From contig JAQVWG010000006.1 in the NCBI GenBank assembly GCA_028698585.1, positions 1,117-65,116 of the forward strand: a DNA stretch of 64,000 nt, written 5' to 3'. The stretch comes from Clostridia bacterium. Lineage in GTDB: Bacteria; Bacillota; Clostridia; Christensenellales; CAG-314. Positions 59,364-64,000 of this stretch are shown in pieces (positions within the stretch are counted from its first letter, which is position 1; every line of letters begins with the position of its first letter). Made by a program: the position numbers and the translations under genes. The notes under the pieces were generated by a model that was not told the DNA's origin, did not search any database, and saw nothing but the letters and a program-made list of their open reading frames with translations.

Positions 59364-59625
59364 AAAAACGCCGATGCGCATGTGTATCGGTTGCCACCAG
59401 ATGTTTGCCAAGAACACACTTATTAGAGTCGTCAAGAATGGGCAAGGCGAAGTAATAGTAGATGTCACGGGCAAAGCAAATGGTCGAGGGGCATATCTAT
59501 GCAAGAATGCCCACTGTCTAGCCACGTGTATTAAGAATAAGGCACTCGCACGGCATCTAGACACTACAATCAGCCAACAGACGATTGACAGCATACAGAC
59601 AGTTATTGTCAATCTGCAAGAATAA
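59356..59625 (+). CDS. ylxR: YlxR/RnpM-family RNA-binding protein (DUF448)
   Basis: RMCIGC motif and GRGAYLC motif. ATG 59356 overlaps the nusA stop. Confidence 0.85.
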   Translation: MIKKTPMRMCIGCHQMFAKNTLIRVVKNGQGEVIVDVTGKANGRGAYLCKNAHCLATCIKNKALARHLDTTISQQTIDSIQTVIVNLQE

Positions 59626-59640
59626 TATGGAGGAATACCA

Positions 59641-62433
59641 TTGACTACAACCAAAACTAACAACACTGCAGACCGGAATCAAAACCAAAGTTGGGGAAAC
59701 CTCAAGAATCTCAAAACTTATACTAGGAGTAAAGCACAGTCACTATTGACTATGCTGGATGAGATATGGGGCCAAATAAACCAAGTTAGTGTTAGACTGG
59801 ACGCCAAGCGTAGTGAGTATATGCTTGTCGAACAACAGAAGTACGAGGCAGAGTTGAAAAAAACGCAAGAAGCACAGGATAAGCAAGAGAAAGTATCTGT
59901 CGACACGCAGGTGCAACAGTCCGTTGAGGGTCAACCATTCATTGAGAGTACACCTGATACTGGCGCAACTACTCGGCCTGCTGTTAACGTAAGTAGTGCG
60001 CAACCTCAAGACGATAAGGAGCAGGTGCAACAGCCACCAGAAACTCAGTCTACTCAACAGACTGCTGTTCCCGTTGTTGAACCGCCTCAAAAACCGCCCA
60101 AGACCGTTAATAAGCCTAGTGTACCCACTAACACTGTTAAGATTACTGTGACTAAGCCGACAATTACTAGCACTATTCCTGCCAGTAGTGGAGGCATTTC
60201 ACAGAAGACATACACAGATGAGAAAGGCGTAGTTAAGGTGCGTAAGTTCCTTCAAACTCCAACACCTGTTATTCCTCAACGCAGTAACACAGCAAGAACA
60301 GACAAGCGAGATTATCATCCTCAAGGTAATAGACCTACAGATAGACCATTCAAGCCCAATACTAAGCCGTCTATGAGCAGAACGCCGTCAACGGGTGATA
60401 AGCATTTTGCGCCAAAGGATAAGGACGGAAACTCCACCTATACGCGCACTCAGACTACTACCAAGAAGTCTTACACCCCAGCAATTGTGCCACCAACAAA
60501 AGAGGGCAAGACGTACGGTAACAAGAACAAGTCTCATGAGAAACCAGATGAGAAAAAACTACCCACCAAGAAGACCTTAATCACCAAAACTTTTACCGGA
60601 CTTGACGATGATGAGAAAGTACGTACACGCCTTCGTACACCCAAGAAGCAGGATACGCAGACACAAACGGTTATCAAAAAAATCGAGAGTGCAACTGTCA
60701 ATACCCAGATTGTGCCAATTAAGATATTGAGTGAAAAAATCGGCAAGCCTGCAACAGAAATTGTCAAAGCGCTATTTAAGGAGGGCATTGTCAAGAGGAT
60801 AAACGATAGTATTGAGTATGAATACGCAGCATATATTGCAAACCTTCTCGGTGTAGAGTTGGAACTCAAGATAGAAAAAACCGCCGAAGACATTATGACA
60901 ATGGCAGATCAGAATGTTGGATTGCCAGATGACACTAAACGCCCACCTATCGTCACAGTAATGGGACACGTTGACCACGGTAAGACATCACTGTTGGACG
61001 CAATTAGGAAAACCGATGTTACCTCGTCTGAGGCAGGTGGTATTACACAGCACATAGGTGCGTACACCGTTACTGTCAACGGCGAACAGATTACGTTTAT
61101 TGACACCCCCGGTCACGCTGCATTTACCAAAATGCGTGCTCGTGGCGCTAAGGTTACTGACGTTTCCATTATCGTAGTTGCTGCAGATGACGGTGTTATG
61201 CCACAGACTGTCGAGGCTATAAACCACTCTAAGGCAGCGGGCGTATCAATAATTGTCGCCATTAATAAGATGGATAAACCCGAGGCGAATATAGATAAAG
61301 TCAAACAACAATTAGCAGAGTATGACCTGTTAGCAGAGGACTGGGGCGGAGACATTATCATGGTTCCAGTTTCAGCTAAATCTAAATTAGGACTAGACGT
61401 ATTGCTCGAATCCATTCTGCTTGTAACCGAGATTAAGGAGTTGCGCGCTAACCCCAAGAAGAAGGCGGTTGGTACTGTTATTGAGTCTAAGGTCCACAAG
61501 AGCAAGGGACCAGTAGCAACCATACTCGTCAGTAACGGCACATTACGAGTTGGCGATAGTTTAATTGCTGGTGTATGCACGGGCAAAATTAGAGCTATGT
61601 TCGATGATAAAGGCCGTAGTATTAAGTCCGCAGGTCCGTCCTGTCCGGTCGAAGTATTAGGGTTTTCGGACGTACCTAATGCCGGCGACTATATGTATGT
61701 CGCAGATGAGAAGCTAGTCAGGAAAGTAGCAGAGGAAAGGAAGACTAATATTAAGATAGAAGCCACTCAATCAGCGCCACTAGTATCACTGGGTGATTTA
61801 TTCGGTCGTATCAACGAAGGTAAGCTCAAGACACTTAACTTAATAATTAAGACTGACGTCCAAGGTAGTTTGGATGCAGTGAGGGAGTCTCTCAAGAAGA
61901 TAAGCAACGATGAAGTCAACATCAATCCTATTCATGGTGGTGTAGGCGGTATCAACGAGACAGACGTTATGTTGGCCAAGGCAAGTGACGCAATAATCAT
62001 CGGGTTTAATGTCCGTGCAGACAACGAGGCCAAGGTTAACGCCGAGCGTGAGGGTGTGGACATAAGACTATACAGCGTTATATATGACGCAGTTGATGAT
62101 ATCACCAGCGCTATGAAAGGCATGTTAGCCCCCAAGTATAAGGAAGTAGTTGTAGGCACTGCGACAGTCAGAGAGATATTCAAGATAAGTAGTATTGGCA
62201 CCGTTGCTGGATGCTATGTCAACAGTGGCAAGGTCATACGCAATGGTAAGGTTAGACTATTCCGCAACAATATAGTGGTGAACGAGAGTAATATCGCTGC
62301 GCTCAAACGATTCAAGGATGATGTCAAAGAAGTCAATACTGGTTACGAATGTGGTATATCGTTAGAAAACTTCAACGACATTAAGGTTGATGACGTGTTC
62401 GAAGTGTACGATATGGAACAGATTCAACAATAG
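59641..62433 (+). CDS. infB: Translation initiation factor IF-2 with a long low-complexity N-terminal region
   Basis: [12 protein letters not shown] and DTPGHAAF in the G domain. TTG start with RBS GGAGGA. Confidence 0.95.
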   Translation: MTTTKTNNTADRNQNQSWGNLKNLKTYTRSKAQSLLTMLDEIWGQINQVSVRLDAKRSEYMLVEQQKYEAELKKTQEAQDKQEKVSVDTQVQQSVEGQPFIESTPDTGATTRPAVNVSSAQPQDDKEQVQQPPETQSTQQTAVPVVEPPQKPPKTVNKPSVPTNTVKITVTKPTITSTIPASSGGISQKTYTDEKGVVKVRKFLQTPTPVIPQRSNTARTDKRDYHPQGNRPTDRPFKPNTKPSMSRTPSTGDKHFAPKDKDGNSTYTRTQTTTKKSYTPAIVPPTKEGKTYGNKNKSHEKPDEKKLPTKKTLITKTFTGLDDDEKVRTRLRTPKKQDTQTQTVIKKIESATVNTQIVPIKILSEKIGKPATEIVKALFKEGIVKRINDSIEYEYAAYIANLLGVELELKIEKTAEDIMTMADQNVGLPDDTKRPPIVTVMGHVDHGKTSLLDAIRKTDVTSSEAGGITQHIGAYTVTVNGEQITFIDTPGHAAFTKMRARGAKVTDVSIIVVAADDGVMPQTVEAINHSKAAGVSIIVAINKMDKPEANIDKVKQQLAEYDLLAEDWGGDIIMVPVSAKSKLGLDVLLESILLVTEIKELRANPKKKAVGTVIESKVHKSKGPVATILVSNGTLRVGDSLIAGVCTGKIRAMFDDKGRSIKSAGPSCPVEVLGFSDVPNAGDYMYVADEKLVRKVAEERKTNIKIEATQSAPLVSLGDLFGRINEGKLKTLNLIIKTDVQGSLDAVRESLKKISNDEVNINPIHGGVGGINETDVMLAKASDAIIIGFNVRADNEAKVNAEREGVDIRLYSVIYDAVDDITSAMKGMLAPKYKEVVVGTATVREIFKISSIGTVAGCYVNSGKVIRNGKVRLFRNNIVVNESNIAALKRFKDDVKEVNTGYECGISLENFNDIKVDDVFEVYDMEQIQQ

Positions 62434-62560
62434 CCACGTCACGTTCTTATATAGTCTATACTATACATTCGACTATAAGTCAGTCGTCTTGACTCTTAGC
62501 CAGAAATAAACTTGTACACTATAGTGCATACTTATATATACATATAAGAGGATAATAACT

Positions 62561-62920
62561 ATGTCATCAATCAGAGTGGATAAACTCAACAGTGAGTTTA
62601 GGAAAAACATACAGACTATCATCTCGACCAAGGTTAAGAATCCCAACCTGACCGAGATGTTTACAATAACAGCAGTTACATGCGACAGCGACCTGACTCT
62701 TGCCAAAGTGTACGTTAGCATATTTTCTAATGATATTAATGCTAGTCAGAGGACTTTTTCCGCTATTCAGAGTGCAACAGGATATATTAAGTCTTGTCTA
62801 CTTAAGACTATGAGAATACGCACTGTCCCACAACTGGTATTCGTTATGGATGATAGGATGCAGAATCAAGATAAGATAACTAGGATACTCAATGAGATAC
62901 ACAACGACCAAGAAGAATAG
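62561..62920 (+). CDS. rbfA: Ribosome-binding factor A
   Basis: Size, KH-like fold sequence (RTVPQLVFVMDD), and position after infB. Confidence 0.9.
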   Translation: MSSIRVDKLNSEFRKNIQTIISTKVKNPNLTEMFTITAVTCDSDLTLAKVYVSIFSNDINASQRTFSAIQSATGYIKSCLLKTMRIRTVPQLVFVMDDRMQNQDKITRILNEIHNDQEE

Positions 62921-63869
62921 AGTAGATACTAAACTAAGTGCTGACATTATCCAATCTGCTAACAATGTAGCACTTTTTTGTCACACTAGACCGGATGCCG
63001 ACACTATCTGTTCTGCAACGGCACTTGCACTTGCACTTATATCTATGGGCAAAACAGCTACGATATTCTGTGACGGAGAGACAGATTGGAGAATAGACAC
63101 ATTTCTACCAGTCGATACGCCTATTCATAATCAATTCTTTGGCAGTTACGACCTATTGATTTCTGTCGATAGTGGCGACGTTTATAGACTAGGTGAGTTC
63201 AGTGGTATCTTCGACAACCACAGTAATACTCTATGCATTGATCACCACAGAACAACACCATTCGCAGTCAACAACTTAATAATGGACTTGTCCAGCACAG
63301 CAGAGCTTATATACCTTATACTTGAACAACTCAATTTACCGCTAAGCGACAAGATAGCGACACAGTTATATATAGGATTATCAACTGATACGGGCAATTT
63401 TTCGTATCGCAATACATCTCAACACTCATTCTTAATTGCTAGTAAATTGCTTGTCAACAATATTGACATCGGTGAAATTAACAGAGTATTTTTTCGCGAG
63501 GTATCATTACAACGCACTAGGATGATAGGCAGAATGTTGTCTCGTATGCGCACGTACTACGACGGCAAGATGTGTCTTGTGTACGTAGATAAACAGGATT
63601 TACAGTTCTTCGGGTGCGATATGCAGGATACTACAGAGATAGTCAACTATGCAATCAATGTTAAGGGTTGCATTGTAGGAGTATCTCTCGCTGAGTGGGC
63701 GCAGAACGTGTATAAAATAAGCATTAGGGGTAACAACTACTTGGTTCGTGACATCGCAGAGTACTTCGGTGGGGGTGGACACGATATGGCATCAGGATGT
63801 CAAATAAGCGGATTATTCGAGGATGTAGTCGACAAGTTGGTCAAGGCTGTTGGGGATAAACTACTATGA
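62892..63869 (+). CDS. nrnA: DHH/DHHA1-family phosphoesterase (NrnA-like)
   Basis: DADT, DHH (IDHHRT) and GGGGH motifs. Lies between rbfA and truB. Confidence 0.8.
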   Translation: MRYTTTKKNRVDTKLSADIIQSANNVALFCHTRPDADTICSATALALALISMGKTATIFCDGETDWRIDTFLPVDTPIHNQFFGSYDLLISVDSGDVYRLGEFSGIFDNHSNTLCIDHHRTTPFAVNNLIMDLSSTAELIYLILEQLNLPLSDKIATQLYIGLSTDTGNFSYRNTSQHSFLIASKLLVNNIDIGEINRVFFREVSLQRTRMIGRMLSRMRTYYDGKMCLVYVDKQDLQFFGCDMQDTTEIVNYAINVKGCIVGVSLAEWAQNVYKISIRGNNYLVRDIAEYFGGGGHDMASGCQISGLFEDVVDKLVKAVGDKLL

Positions 63870-64000
63870 ACGGATTTATCAATATCAATAAGCCCAGCGG
63901 AGTAACGAGCAATCACGTAGTAAACGTAGTCAAGAGAATGACTAATTGCAAGGTTGGACACTTCGGCACACTTGATCCGTTAGCACAAGGTGTGTTACCG
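63866..64000 (+). CDS. truB: tRNA pseudouridine55 synthase, 3' end beyond the window
   Basis: My translation is [19 protein letters not shown]...[15 protein letters not shown], containing the catalytic-Asp motif. ATGA overlap with the nrnA stop. Confidence 0.9.
   Translation, partial: MNGFININKPSGVTSNHVVNVVKRMTNCKVGHFGTLDPLAQGVLP

Overview
This window is a core chromosomal segment of a moderately AT-rich, endospore-forming Firmicute with Clostridia/Bacilli-type gene order. It carries about 60 protein genes, and all but one are on the + strand. The conserved blocks, in order, are: rnfCDGEAB; ppx/gppA-family; maf, a divergent mreB-like gene, a degenerate minD-like gene, spoIVFA-like, spoIVFB; rplU-prp-rpmA; ogg; an NYN-domain protein; yqfC-yqfD-phoH-pgpH(yqfF)-ybeY-era-yqzL-recO; ppdK; dnaG-sigA-trmK and a zinc-ribbon protein; yifB/comM-dprA-topA-trmFO-hslVU-aspS; rseC-like, trxA, glyA; a DUF1295 membrane protein; an Rrf2::NifS fusion and iscU; ruvX and DUF1292; rpsB-tsf-pyrH-frr-uppS-cdsA-dxr-rseP-ispG, a PolC-like fragment, then rimP-nusA-ylxR-infB-rbfA-nrnA-truB. 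I saw no tRNA, rRNA, CRISPR array, transposase, integrase, phage gene or recognisable defence gene. I did not find a convincing new multi-gene system. Three kinds of observation are worth a second look. (1) Six separate places in the window (five intergenic, one in-frame within a gene) carry two- or three-copy tandem duplications with periods of 39, about 75, 176, 177, 211 and 214 bp. Two of these are about 0.63-kb arrays in ORF-free gaps, and two re-copy the 3' ends of genes. (2) Three intact ORFs sit at conserved syntenic positions but have lost catalytic motifs or whole domains: a PolC N-terminal/OB/exonuclease-like fragment, a MinD-like protein without a Walker A motif, and a divergent MreB-like protein. 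(3) There are two unusual domain architectures: an Rrf2-NifS fusion and a DUF1292 protein with a CxC-rich tail. All homology statements come from motif recognition by eye; no database search was run.
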